Below are positions 38,975 through 52,872 of a DNA stretch of 64,000 nt, piece by piece. Origin of the DNA: Octopus sinensis (lineage: Eukaryota); contig NC_042998.1 in NCBI RefSeq assembly GCF_006345805.1, positions 112,220,001 through 112,284,000 of the forward strand. The letters run 5' to 3'. Made by a program: the position numbers and the translations under genes. The stretch's first letter is position 1; every line of letters begins with the position of its first letter. Below the pieces are notes generated by a model. That model saw nothing but the letters and a program-made list of their open reading frames with translations, made no database searches and was not told the origin of the DNA.

Positions 38975-41900
38975 TAATATAAATACATGAAAGTACATGA
39001 AGTTTGTTAAAAAAAAGGGGATCATGTATATACCTCCTGGCTGTTGAGATTATAACACCTCGTTGTAAACAATGTTCCTTGTTTTTCCTTGTGGAGCATA
39101 TACAAAAAGGTTTCTTTTGGTTCCTACTCTTGAGCAGCCAGCATACAGTTGCTCATGCGAGAAGCAGGGCTCTTCCAAGAGAAGACCAGCTACAGAGAGG
39201 GTTTGACCCTGAGATTTGTTAATGGACATGGCAGAGCTGACACGAAGGGGGAATTGCAGTCTTCTGAATGTAAATGGAATTTCTGCTCCTGATGGAGTAA
39301 GAGGAATTCTTGGAATAAAGACGTCATCACCTTTTCCACATCCAGAAAGAATGATCGCCTCGATAACGTGTGACATCATTTTCTTTATCACCAGTCGTGT
39401 TCCATTGCAAAGTCTTGGTGGTTCCAGATTGCGGAGTAGCATTACAGGAGTTCCAACTTTAAGAGCTAATATGTGTGGAGGTAGTCATCCCAGACAATTA
39501 GATGACACATTTTAAGTACTTGTCCCTGATCTGAGCTTTTGTTGATGTTGCATGAAGGCATTTCGGATGCTGCTAAATTGAGAGGGAGTTTGAAAGTTGA
39601 GTGTGCTGTCCTGCCACCGGGTAACAAAGTAGCTGCAATGCCAGAGGAGTCTACAGCTACTGCAATGTCTTGATGCTGCCTAACTTCTGCAAGGAGAAGC
39701 TTTGTAATAAATGTTTTTCCTGTCCCTCCAGGAGCATCGAGGAAGAAGATTCGTCCCTCGCGTTGGCGTACACTGTTAAGAATAGTTCTGTAGGTCTGCA
39801 GCTGGTCCGGAAGTAATTTAGGCTCATTTTCAACAATGTACTTTGAAAGCACTTGAGTGTCGTAGGTTGTTTCACGAATGACAGCAGTGGGAAGGCTATT
39901 TGACCCTGACCTGAATGCTTGTGGCAGGCCATACATCGACAATTCATTTCCACCCAGTTTAGCAATTCTGTCTTCAATGTCAATGAGTGTTTTGTTATAG
40001 ATTTCATTGCTGATACCCTTCATGTCAGGATAGAGCAGTTGAGCTTGGCGCTGAAAGTCTTCAGCCAGGTTGTCTCTATATTTGAGCCATAGAGTGGCCG
40101 GATCACACAGTTCGCATGCCTGTAGTAATACTGCAAATAGTGTCCTGAGACTTTTAGGTGATTGTGATAAAGCAGCCTCTCCTAAAGTTGCATCCCATTG
40201 TGCACCATCTTCTAACAGACCTTGTCGATAGCGGGCTTCTCTGTATGTTGTGCAGACATGTCCATGAACGGTTTTTAGGGCCTGGAAAGAAGTTGGCTCT
40301 CTGACCTCATGCAGTAGTAGACGAAGATAGAAGCACTCTTGTTGAGCGGGGTGTCATTGGTGAATTGGAAAGCCAAAGATGCGCCAGAATGCCTCGTTGC
40401 TACTTATGTACCGTCCCACCTGATAATGCGTCACCTCATCCTGGCAGTATTCTTGTTGAAGTCCAAACATTGCAGCGTCAGAACCCTTGTTTACATATTT
40501 GCAAAAAGTACTTGATGAATTTAACGGAGTTGCAAAACTCAACGTTGATGTGGGCATTGAACGTCTTTGACAGGAGTGAGCAGTATGGAACAATCTATCT
40601 ATTATCAATATCGTGCTGTCCGATAGTTGCTGTGAAACCTCCGTCTTCTGGTTTTCTGCGTCTGTATGATGGATAACCATCAGCACCTGTCTGAGTTTCT
40701 TGTAGGAACCTCCATATAAATCTTTTTGAACTTATGCTGTCCTTCAAGCATGGTGTGTTTATGTTGAATCCACGCCCACATAGACCATGTACCATGTTTG
40801 CTTTAACTATTTCGTATAGTTCTTTGTCTAAAGCTGGATCAGGAAGCTCTGCAGAGATTATGTTGTCGATGTCATTGGAATTGATCTTCGCTGAGAGCCA
40901 ATGCAGGATATGAGCATGTGGAAGGCCCCTTTTTGCCACACGATTGTGTACATGTCACATTGTATGGGCCCAAAGACTTGCCCTTTTTGTATGAGCTCCA
41001 TGAGAGAGATTAACTTCAGATGGAAAACTCGGGCGTTGAGATTCCGGTTCGAATGTAAGGCAGGTTTGAAAGTGTTCCCAACAGTTATTAGTTGTAGTGG
41101 TAGAGTGTTTATGGCGAATATGTACGTATGCAAGTATATATATGTATGTATGCCTGTATATATGTACAAAATCCACTGAGAAGCTTTTGTTGGTCTGAGG
41201 CTACAGCAGAAGACACATGCCAAGTCACCACATAGTGGGACTGAACCCAGGACCATGTGTTTGGAACGTAATTTGTTACCAGACAGCCACACCTGCCCCT
41301 ATGTATGTGTGTGTGTGTGTGTGTGTGTGCGTATGTGTGTATGGGTAGATATATTATGCATGTATATATGTGTATATATATGTGTACATATTACATGTAC
41401 ATCTATATATATACATCTACACATAAAATACAAAATACAAAGTTATATCTTGATATCGCTAGTGATAACAATACTCAAAATATATAACAGACTGGAATTG
41501 TAGGCCCGTCTCTTGCAATTTCGATCAATTGGATCTTGTCCTCCCTCTTGTATAGAAGTGTACGGCTGCAGCGAAATTCATTTTTGGACTTTCTTCTATC
41601 GAAGGCATTTTAACAAAAATGCTTCTGTAAAGACGGTGAAAATATTGTCAATTTCCCCAAACAGGGACAAAATTCATTTTTTAAACCCTCTCCGAAAGGG
41701 GGAGGGTTACGGTTTACAATTATTTAACAAATGCAACACAACAACGTTTTCCTGACGAGGAACCAATAAACGTGATTACAATAGTCAAACAGTAATAATA
41801 ATAACAACAAACCTTTTTAATTTATCCCCATTTATGTGAAACCACTTATTCAAGTTGAAGTCATTGATGCAATTTTATACGAATTACTAATACACACACA

Positions 41901-42334
41901 CACACACTTAATAAGGGAGAAAAATTGAATATTACTTTGATTAATATGAATTGAAAACCAGTGGTGTAGCATATAAGACCATAGCGGATCTTCTTCTATC
42001 AAAAAGGATGACCATTATTAATGGTTCATCCCTGTTATATAATATTTTCACTTTAATAGTTTCAGTATTAAAATGAAAGTGTCTGCATTACAAAAGAGAG
42101 ACGTTTTTGTTTCACTTTTAACACGTAATACTGAAATAGTGGAGAAGATATGATATTGCTGTGGGGTTGCTCAAGGGAAAAAGTTAAGATTTTTTTGCCG
42201 ATGACACTCCCCGGACCTTAAGTAAGGCATGTGTAAAATTTGAATGAAATTGGTTGTGTAGTTCTCAGGTTTTAGGGAAACACACAGACAGACAGACAGA
42301 CACACACACATTCTCAGTTTTATATATATATAGA
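38785..42334 (-). mobile_element. Internally deleted Helitron with both termini
   Basis: 5' A|TC at 42334 and 3' GC-rich hairpin plus CTAG|T at 38785. Rep motif KRGLPHAHIL, Walker A DAPGGTGKT, GGRTAHSTFKLP and PIF1 C-terminal NKSQGQTL all lie on the minus strand. The frame is broken and a SINE is nested near 41170-41300. Confidence 0.9.
39050..41100 (-). pseudogene. Helitron Rep/PIF1 helicase, disrupted
   Basis: ORF-track pieces 40595-40939, 40354-40686, 39466-40023 and 39050-39442 carry the motifs in the expected order. Confidence 0.9.
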
Positions 42335-42455
42335 TATATATATGTATACATACATATATATATATATATTATATATGTGTGTATGTGTGTTTATATATAG
42401 ATATGCATATAAATATATATTATATATACATACATATACATATATATATGTATAA

Positions 42456-42519
<64 letters not shown>

Positions 42520-43305
42520 CATATATGTGTGTATGTTTGTGCGTGTGTGTGTACGTACAGAAAAACATGCATACATGCATACACATACATACAGACGCAC
42601 GCACACGAGTATATACTTATTGCTATACAATAAGCAAATTCTGTTCATTCAACTAGCTTCATAGCTAAATACATTCATGAATGCATAAACAAGTGCATAC
42701 ACAGAAATCGAGATACGTCTGTATTTATTGTATCTGAAAGCTGTTAAAATAAACATAAAGAAACGGGCAGCCAGCGAAAGAGATAGAAAGAGAGAGCGCA
42801 GTAGGGGCTACGGGTTGAAAGTGTGCAAAGCTATTGGTGCACACGTGCATGGCATACGTATTCTAGTTGCACAAACACTAAAATTACTCACATAGAGGTA
42901 CTAAAATCTGACAAAAGAGATGAACACAAACATCACAAAGATAGGTAGATAGGGTAGATGGGTCAAGGTGGTGGGTGAGTTTAGTCGTAGGTGCGTGGGT
43001 TGATGAGTGGTGAAAGGGGTGAGTGGGAGAAGTAGGTGGGAAAGCACTTTGATATATAGATAAATAATAACAAATAGGTAGGAGGGTAACTGATATACAT
43101 ATATAGGAGTGTGTGTGTGCCTGTGTATATATACACACAGGCACACACTGAGAAATAGTGGGGATAAATTTGACAGTTATGGCCTATTCGAAAAACAACT
43201 TAATTTGACTAAGAAGTACTCTATAACTAATTGAGATATTCGCGGGTTTGAATGTTGGTTACGTGATACATACAGATATACATATACATACATATATATA
43301 TAAAT

Positions 43306-43373
<68 letters not shown>

Positions 43374-43374
43374 A

Positions 43375-43406
<32 letters not shown>

Positions 43407-43468
43407 TAATATATATATATATATATATAAAATATATATATATATATATACATGCATACATACATGCA

Positions 43469-43501
<33 letters not shown>

Positions 43502-44598
43502 GTATATGTACACGTATACACACTCACGCACATACACTCACACTCACACACATACACACATACATATATATGAATGCATTTATGTATGTATGTATGTATG
43601 TATGTATGAATAGATGGATGGATGGATGGATGGATTGGTGTTTGTTTTTATGCTATAATAAAAACAATGTTACATTAAATTGAAGGGTAGAGAAAAAATT
43701 TATTACTCTTTAACAAGAAAATCATTGACAGTGACTTCGAAGTATCATTCAGCTAAGCCATCATCGGACTGTCCGAAAGCCGAAACTTCGAAATGAGTGT
43801 GAATACTATACCTGCTAAAGAATAATAAATTTACACAGACACACATAACTGCAATATGAAGACATACATACATACATACATACATACATACATACTACAT
43901 ACATACATACATACATATATATATTATGTGTGTGTGTGTGTATTCACATACACCTGAACATGCACACGTATACACACACAGGCATATGCAAAGAAATAAA
44001 CTGGAAGATACATATAGATACAGCGATACAATATGACCGTCTGGTGCAGGAGGCGAAAATGAAAGGAGGAAGGTGATGTTCAAATTGCAACCTTTTGTTA
44101 GTTATTTAAAAGTCGGTTGTATTCTATGTTAACAAGACTCTGTAAACAACCTGAAATTGGGGATTAAGCACTTTGATTACTTGCATGCATTTCTACGTGT
44201 ACACATCATACAAACATGCTGCAGAGAAACACAGTTCACTCACAAAACAAACAGGAGAGGTGTTCTGAGTGAAAACGAGTTGCTATATGTCGCTGTATGT
44301 CTATATGTGAGTGTGTACACTCACACGTACGCAAGTACATATATATCTTTTATCTCTTACCTTTATTTGTTTCAGTCATTAGACTTAGGCCATGCTGGAG
44401 CACTGCCTTGAATAATTTTTAGTTAAATGAACCGACTCCAGTACTTTTTTTTTAATGCCTGGTACTTATTTCACCAGACTTTTTTTCAGAAACGCTAAGC
44501 TACAAGGACATAAACACACCAACGCCGGTTGTGAAGCGGTGGTGGAGGACAAACACAGACAGAAAAACACACACACATATACATACATAATACATACA

Positions 44599-44635
<37 letters not shown>

Positions 44636-45409
44636 GACAAGCTTCTTTCAGTTTCCGTCTACAAAATCCGCTAACAAGGCTTTAGTCAGACCAAAACTAT
44701 AGTTGAAGACATCTGCCAAAGGGACTGAACCCGGAAGCATATAGTTGGGAAAGAGACCTCTTGCCACACGGCTACGCCTATATGTAATTTTAAATGGAGG
44801 GATCATTCAATACGCTTTAGGAGAGTAACATAATTTCATTTCTACATGCAAAATGTCTGACAATTGCTGTTTTGCTATCAAGCGTGCATCAAACTCTCAT
44901 CAAACCGAAATGTCGAAGTAACTGTCAGCCATTTCTTTCATAAATAATATATCTCAGGTTGTCTAGAAAGGTCTTCCGATTAAGATTTCGTGCCCTTTGA
45001 AATCAGTTTGTATGTTAATATTGGTGGTATTCACTGAAGCATATTTCATGAAGAGATTCAACAGAGCAATAGCATTATTTAGTACATTAATTTTCTATAT
45101 GAAGAAACCATCATTGAACCAAGCAAAGAGCATTTTTATTATCTTATGCTTTACATGTCGCGCCGAAGTTGTAATGCAAGTGAAGCCACCAAAAATTTGT
45201 AAAATACTTATGATCAAAATGCCGTGAATGAAAGAAATTGTAACTGTTAGTTGAAAAAAAATTCAGACAGCAATTCCAACTTGTTTGAGGAACCTAGTTC
45301 AGAAGGTTCCTTCAAAGGAACATGTAAGGAATGCTACTGTGACAACGAGAAAGTTTTCCACATGATTCAATGTTAGTAATATGTATAAGGATCCCCACTC
45401 TCGCCTCTT

Positions 45410-46860
45410 CTGTATGTACTGTTTCTCGAGTCATTGTTGCGGAAGCTAGATGTTTCGAGGGGCATTCCGCGTGATCTAGGATGCGGAAGGTTCGTGTCGG
45501 ATTATGCGGACGATGTCACCGTAATAGCCTCGAACATCTCGAAAATCGAGGTAGTCGGCACTGCTCTAAGGGTATTCAAAGCAGTAACAGTAGCAAATAT
45601 CAACCAGGAGAAATCAATGGGCCTGCATCTCGGCATATGGAGAGGCAAGTCCATGCCGACCCACAACATTGTAGGAAGCTGGATGGAAAGACCCGTTAAA
45701 TTGCTCGGGGTCTAGTTTGGTCCAGACCTCCAGGTGGACAAGAACTGGGAGGAGGCGACGAACAAGCTAGCCAATCTCACCCAGAAACAGACAGAGGAGG
45801 CTGTTCCTGAAGGGTCGAGCGGATGTGACGAATACATACATCGCTTCCGTCATCTACTTACCTCACCCACTTCGTACCTCATAAAGTTGGAGCGCTTGCT
45901 CTTCCACTTCCTATGAAAGGGACGTGTTCCGCTCATCAGACGGTCCATCTACTGTCAACAGCCGGTGAGTGGAGGACTGGACATGCCGTGGCTAATGATA
46001 CGCAGACATGAGCTGAGGCTGCGATATCTCCAACGTTTCCTTAACGGTGAACAGGTGTGGTCGCCGTTCGTCAAAAAGGATTTTCTGCAACTCGTCTCAT
46101 TGATGGAGCTACAATCCTGGGTCAAGCGCAGACCAAGAAAAGGCGCTTGGCACCTGGAGTGTCGGCAAGCGCTCACAGCCTTCTGCCAGTCGGGATTAGT
46201 GGAGGGAAAAAGCGAAGACGTTCTCGGAGCAACTCTGGGTGTCGAGAGGGATCAACTAGCTGGTCTTTTCCAGAGAACTTTCGGGCAAGGGTCAATGGAT
46301 AACTTCTAGAAGTTCCTGGCCTCACAGTGCTACCGGGGAGCTCTGCCGGTTCGAGACAAGCACTACAGGCACAGAAGTGCTATCAAACAGACTTGTCTGA
46401 GATGTGCGCAGGGCGATGGAGCCGTCCTGCATGCACTCGTCCAGTGTCTGTGCATTACTAACCTGTGGAGCTTTGTCGAAATGTTGTTGTTACGTGTAGG
46501 ACAGATCCGGATATCAGCCGAATCCATTGTGAGGGAGGGAAAGGCAGTTTTTCTCTGCCTGATGGTTATAGCGAAAGAGGTAGAATGGTGGACGAAGTTG
46601 AAAGGACTAAAGAGAGACACTTTCTTCAGTCGAGCCCTCATTGATTTTTATGAGTTCCACTTAACAAGGAAAGTGAGGGTAGAGAGGAAAATACTGTCCC
46701 CACCCCAGTAACTTTGTTGAAAGATGGGTGACTGTTGCGAAAATGGCTCGTGTGAATGGGCCTACTCCTAATATTCGTCTGTAAGCCGGAGCAGTTGAGG
46801 TGGAAGAGGGTTTCCTGCCTGGTGTACCCTTGGCAGTCGGGATGATCAGGATGTGTGGGG
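45410..46860 (+). mobile_element. Tx1/L1-like LINE 3' portion (RT plus C-terminal zinc knuckle)
   Basis: DYADDVTVI, NINQEKSMG, GGLDMPWL...LRLRYLQRFL, YRGALPVRDK and TCLRCAQGDGAVLHALVQC, with stops and frameshifts. Confidence 0.85.
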
Positions 46861-46926
46861 TACTTAATTGTCCTTAATTGTTCTTAATATTTTTTGTGTT
46901 CGGTCCTTGTGGCCGATAAAGAAAAG

Positions 46927-47018
<92 letters not shown>

Positions 47019-47054
47019 CATTATTATTATTATTATCATCATCATTATTATTAA

Positions 47055-47610
47055 GGCAGCGCGCTGGCAGAAACGTTAGCACGACGGGCGAAATGCGTAG
47101 CCGTATTTCGTCTGCCGTTACGTTCTGAGTTCAAATTCCGCCGAGGTCGACTTTGCCTTTCAGCCTTTCGGGGTCGATAAATAAAGTACCAGTTACGCAC
47201 TGGGGTCGATATAATCGACTTAATCCGTCTGTCTGTCCTTGTTTGTCCTCTCTGTGTTTAGTCCCTTGTGGGAAGTAAAGAAATAGGTATGTCGTCTGCT
47301 GTTACGTTCTGAGTTCAAATTCCGCCGAGGTCGACTTTGCCTTTCATCCTTTCGGGGTCGATTAAATAAGTACCAGTTATATACTGGGGTCGATGTAATC
47401 GACTTAATCCGTGTGTCTATCCTTGTTTGTCCCTTCTGTGTTTAGCCCCTTGTGGGAAGTAAAGAAATAGGTATTTCGTCTGCCGGTGAATTCTGAGTTC
47501 AAATTCCGCCGAGGCCGACTTTGCTTTTCATCCTTTCGGGGTCGATAAATTAAGTACCAGTGACACACTAGGAACGATGTAATCCTCCCCACCCAAAAAA
47601 AATTTCGGCC
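47055..47610 (+). mobile_element. Family A SINE head-to-tail trimer
   Basis: gtat(t/g)tcgtctgc recurs at about 47103, 47288 and 47471; only the first copy has the 5' head. Confidence 0.85.
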
Positions 47611-47649
47611 CGTGTGACAGAATTTGAAAAAGTTATTATTATTATTATC

Positions 47650-47698
<49 letters not shown>

Positions 47699-47715
47699 TA
47701 TTATTATTATTATTA

Positions 47716-47751
<36 letters not shown>

Positions 47752-48640
47752 CATCCAAAATATCTCTTCCTTTTCAAAACGGTTGACTGCTATTTCTGGT
47801 ATATCAATAAATCGCGTAGTAGTTTCCTTTTTAAGTCGTTCATTTCTTTTGTCTAACATGTATTGTTTCCATACATACACTTTATGTGTGTATGTGCATG
47901 AGTGTGTGCCCGTGCGACTTCCTATTGCGGCTGATTTACCTAAATGATAATAGAGAAACTTCTATTACAAGGCATAAAAATGAATTACATAATGTAATCA
48001 ATATTGTGCATTTAATACAAAGACTCTGTGTCTGTATCCAAGTGTGCAACCAAACTGCAGTCGCCATCTCCTCTACCAAATTACGAAGTCAGGCGAAATA
48101 AAACATTATACTTCAAAGAAACCTTAATAAGAAATATTACAGCGAGAAATATAAAGGAAATAGCCAAAATACTTGCTTTGATCTAGGCTTGTTAATCAAC
48201 GAAAATACAGATAATTATATTCATGCTATGAACATAATCTGAAAGTCAGAACTTAGTATACTATATAATGTGCAGAGAAAGGCCAATCTAGACATCATTA
48301 ATATATCTTTCTCTCAAAGTTAACATGTTACCCAATCATCAAACATTTCATTTTATTACATAATGCCTCGTTCGATAGATCAATCTGAAGACACATCTCA
48401 TTATATTCGCCATTCCGTAGAGAATGACTAACATCAACAACTTTCAACAAGCTCTTCGTAAAATAATCAGAAATCATGGCTTCTATTATGTCGGAGTTAA
48501 TATCTTCTATTAAAATATCGATTTATACACAAAGCCTGTGCTCCAGAGTGGTCTTAATCATGATGGTTAAAACAAACACAATTACGCATACATTCATACA
48601 TCCATACATACATACATACATACATACATACATACATACA

Positions 48641-48673
<33 letters not shown>

Positions 48674-49155
48674 GCATGCATGGATGGATGAATGAAAGGC
48701 AGATTCTCGCTGCTTTCGACTATAAAGATTCAAATGATCGATCAAATGAATTACCTGCTCCCCTGACTAACGTATTAGAGGCTGAGTATCCACAGACATA
48801 GATACCCTTAACATAATTCTTAAGTAGAATCGGCCTGACACAGTGTGTTACGGGGCTGTACCTTCGAATTACAAGTACAACCCATTCGACGAGTTTCTGT
48901 ACAGTTTCCGTCGACCCAATTCCACTCACAAGGTATTATAGAATTGAGGCTATTGTCAATATTTGTCCAAGATGCCGCACAGTAGATCAAACCTGATACC
49001 TTGTGGTTGCGAAGGAACTTCTAAACTCATCAGCTATTCTATGCCTACATACATACATACATAACATACATACATACATACATACATACATACATACATA
49101 CATACATACATACATACATACATGCATACATACATAAATGCATGCATACATACAT

Positions 49156-49515
49156 GTGGAAATTAATTGCCCAGCAGATGTTAACATAAAGCTGAAGATC
49201 AGTGAAAAAGAGAACATCTATGCTGAACTACTGAGAAACCTGCAGTTACTCTATCCAGATTACAAGTTCAGGTTTATACCTGTAATTATTGGGGCTCTGG
49301 GATATGTAACACTGCCTAAATACCAATCTTGAGAAATTAGACTTCTCAAAACCAGAAAGGAGGAAGTTAATTCGAAGACTACAGGTCCAATCCATCACTG
49401 GAACTGTAAAAATCTGTAAAACTTTCCAGAAGTTTATCATTTAAATATATATGAACATGTGTAGATATGCAACTATACGCATGAGAATACATACATAAAA
49501 CATACAAATCTGCAC
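49156..49515 (+). mobile_element. 3' end of an RLE-type non-LTR retrotransposon in a (CATA)n tract
   Basis: VEINCPADVN...KENIYAELLRNLQLLYPDYKFRFIPVIIGALGYV, with a stop at 49442-44. (CATA)n flanks both sides. Confidence 0.75.
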
Positions 49516-49939
49516 ATACATACATACATACATACATACATACATACATACATACATACATACATACATACATACATACATACATACATACATACATACA
49601 TACAAAAATACTGTGTTGTTGATGCTGAAATTCTAATGAAGGAGCCTTGGATACAGGTTAGAAATCGGTTCTTTCTCTACTGGCAAGAAATACTGAAATA
49701 AACTGAAAAATGACATACATACATATATACATGCTGATTGCTACTTCTTGTTAGAAGAGTGCCATCTCTTCATCGAATATTGCATGATCATGTGCATGCA
49801 GGTGGCTTTTCAGTTCAGTTTTCGTTTTACAGGAACATTCACAAACATAGCACTTATTTTACTTTTCATGACAAATGTACTGCGGTGCGCATGGCAGGAG
49901 AATCATCTCACTAGCAGCTCATTTTTTCTTGGCTTGTAT

Positions 49940-50340
49940 GACTTTAGATAACTAACAAACCCGGCTCTTGAGAGAAGAAATCGTCCGCAGACATTGCACT
50001 TCAATTTCTGCTGGGTTTTCATAGACATTGCACTTGGGTCCCGCTTACGGAGTGAACATTTCAAAACAGCATACTCCATTCATTTTGCTCAAAGATACCA
50101 CATCTATACTTGATAGGCTCTTTCTTTGATGAACGGTTTTCAGTCAATGTCTTATAGGCATCCGCATCAATCTCCAAAGCTTTCAGCTTACCTTTCATGA
50201 CTCTCTTACACTGCTTCCTAGATTTATGCTGAAGCCTTTTCCCTTTGGTCAGCTACCCGTAAAATATCGGCTTGGGCTATTTTCCATCTTTCATCTTGAC
50301 AACATGAGCAACCCAAAAGCATCTGGTTCAAGATTATTAT
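49940..50340 (-). mobile_element. RTE LINE 3' remnant
   Basis: Degenerate ...KMENSPSRYFTGS*PKGKR...KGKLKALEIDADAYKTLTENRS, resembling the RTE ORF2 tail. Confidence 0.5.
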
Positions 50341-50421
50341 ACGTACATACAAGCAGATTGATACATAGACAGGCACGAACGCATGTGTTCACACAAATAC
50401 ATACATACATACATTCGTTTA

Positions 50422-50459
<38 letters not shown>

Positions 50460-50904
50460 CCTCTCTCTGACACACACACAGGCATGTACGCACATATGTA
50501 CAGATAAACAGGCATGTGTCTGTGTGCGCGCAGTGTTTGTGATACGGTATGGCTGTGTGTGAGAGCATGTGCGTACATTCCCGAAAATGTTGCTGTAATG
50601 TGGTATTTTGAAATGCAAAACTTATTTTCCCATTCATTCTCATGTAAGAAATTGAAATGCAATTCGATGGAAACAATTTTCGGAAGGAAAAGAAAAACTA
50701 CAATCACATTCATGCTTGGAAACAACAAATTTAAACACAAGCTGTGCAGTACGTATATCTAAAAATAAAAGAATGAACAATACAGTAATATCATTGTAGA
50801 GTAAGTTCATATCAAAATATCTAGACAGCTGCGCGATGGGTGGTGATGTAATGGGTGTTACAGGAAGAAAGTGGAGGCACCATCTTCTGCACTGTAGTTT
50901 AACA

Positions 50905-51560
50905 TCAATATATGCTGCAGGGGCGAAGCACTTATCCAAAGTTATTTGACGTTTTCGATGCTCCATCTATATGAATTGCTTACTGTAGGAACTAAATTCA
51001 TTATGACCTCCTCTTATAATTTTTATGTTACGTTCGCGAAGACTAGAAGTCTTATACTTACAATCAACCGAAGCCTTATACTTACAATCAACTGAAGTGG
51101 AGTGGATGATGTATTACTATCCTCTTCTTGACCTGCTGTTCGCTCTTGTTGTAACATCGTCAGCTCCTCGGGAGACAAACGTCCTTTATGGAACTCCAAC
51201 AACTTAAATTCATAATCTTCTACTTCTTCAAACATTACAATATTTGTTGCAATCTCAATGCCTTGCTAAACTTGACGTAGAATTTCCGCTGTAAGAAAAT
51301 CTGTACGCAGGGTGATCATATGATATTCCAGATATCATTCACAGCCGAGGGCTTTCTTCCATCTCATGTCTCTGCCATGATATCCAGAGCATCCATAATG
51401 TTGATTGCTGTCCAGTTGTCTCTAACTGTAGGCTGAATCTCCCCATCAAGTGCTCTTAAAAGTCGTATCACAGTGTACACATAATATGCCGTGAAGTTAC
51501 TTGAGCAGTTGACTGGAACAAAGAATTTATTCTAAACCGCACCCATCATGATATCAAAAA
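50905..51560 (-). pseudogene. Tigger/pogo transposase C-terminal remnant
   Basis: NWTAINIMDALDIMAET, FEEVEDYEFKLLEFHKGRLSPEELTMLQQE and RKRQITLDKCF. Confidence 0.65.
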
Positions 51561-52144
51561 GTTAACTTAATTTCTCTGGGAAACTTAGTGCTTTGTCTAA
51601 AATGGCAATGCTTAGTAACGCTTTGTTGGAAATATTTCCACTGGCATAAAATATTTATAAATCAATCTTGGAAGAAGCTGGTTGTCGTCAAAACCTTCTT
51701 ATCTAAATGTTAAATCACAATGTGATTAAGTTTAGCGTAGTCCTTCAATGTTCTTAAATTGTTGTAACTTTAGTTTTTTATCAACTACCGCATTTCCTCC
51801 TTCAAAGAGCGTCAGAAGAATTTTGAAAGTTTTAAAGCCTATTGTCGACTTTTCGTTAGGCAGGAGGGAACAGGATATTTCTTAACGGGAATAATGTTGT
51901 GGGCAATGAAAAATAAGCTATGTAGGAGTAGTAGGGTACGTGTAGATGTTAGTCAAAGGTAGAAATTGATTAGAAAACGCTCAGCAGCGAAAATATCCAG
52001 GTAATGAAAAGTTTGGAGTTACTAAATAATCACTCCAAATGTATCTTAATAAAAATAACACACACACACATATACGCACAAATACCAACATATACACATG
52101 TATGTATATGTGTCTATGTATGTATGTATATAAATATATATATA

Positions 52145-52544
52145 CTAGCAGTATCGCCCGGCGTTGCTCGGGTTGTAAGGGAAATAACTATATAAGCATT
52201 TTTAGAGAGTTATAGCCAAAAAATAGCAAAAAAATGCATTAAAAATTGAAGAAAAATTAAGGTAAATTTTTTTAAAAATCGTTGACACATCGTAGATATT
52301 TTTAGAGAGTTACTTCCCTTATATAAAAGCGAAAAAAAATGCATTAAAATGGAAAAATATGATGGTAAATTTTTTTAAATCGTAGACTCATCGTAGACGC
52401 ACGCTAATACCCAGAAGGGCTCTCGATATGAATCACGACTATAAGATACCCGCTTTTGGTTAAACTGCACCGCAAAATGTGGGAGTAGTTAGGAATCTAA
52501 ATCGTAGGAGACAGACACCACACAACTTCACTCTTATATAAAGA
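52145..52544 (-). mobile_element. Non-autonomous Helitron (400 bp)
   Basis: A|TC at 52544 and hairpin plus CTAG|T at 52145. The terminus ctagcagtatcgcccggcgttgctcggg resembles 38785-38812. Confidence 0.8.
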
Positions 52545-52559
52545 TGCTTTTTTTTTTTC

Positions 52560-52872
52560 AGTCATAGAGTTAGATTATGAAGGTCTTCAGTAGAAAATCC
52601 TTCGAATTCTGACTCGCTGCTTGATATAATGAAATTCGTATCCATTTTTGTCAGAATTACAAATTTTGAAAACACAATAGGAAAAAATTTCGGAAAAAAA
52701 TCTCCCATAATTCACGGAATTAAAATTACACTTCGATTTTTGTACAAAACTGTAGTTGAAGTGTTTACGAAGTATAATACGTGTTTTCACGAATGTACTA
52801 AAGAGATTTGCTCTGATATTCTCATTTAAATAAGAATAGGTAAATTCGGGCGGCTTGGTAACGAAAGGGTTA
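52560..52872. mobile_element. Possible piggyBac-like terminal fragment
   Basis: Right end ggtaacgaaagggTTAA, i.e. TTAA|CCCTTTCG on the minus strand. No matching second end was seen. Confidence 0.35.

Noticed and set aside
39050-40023. Host PIF1 helicase gene
   Set aside because: It is intronless, disrupted, linked to a Rep HUH motif and enclosed by Helitron termini.
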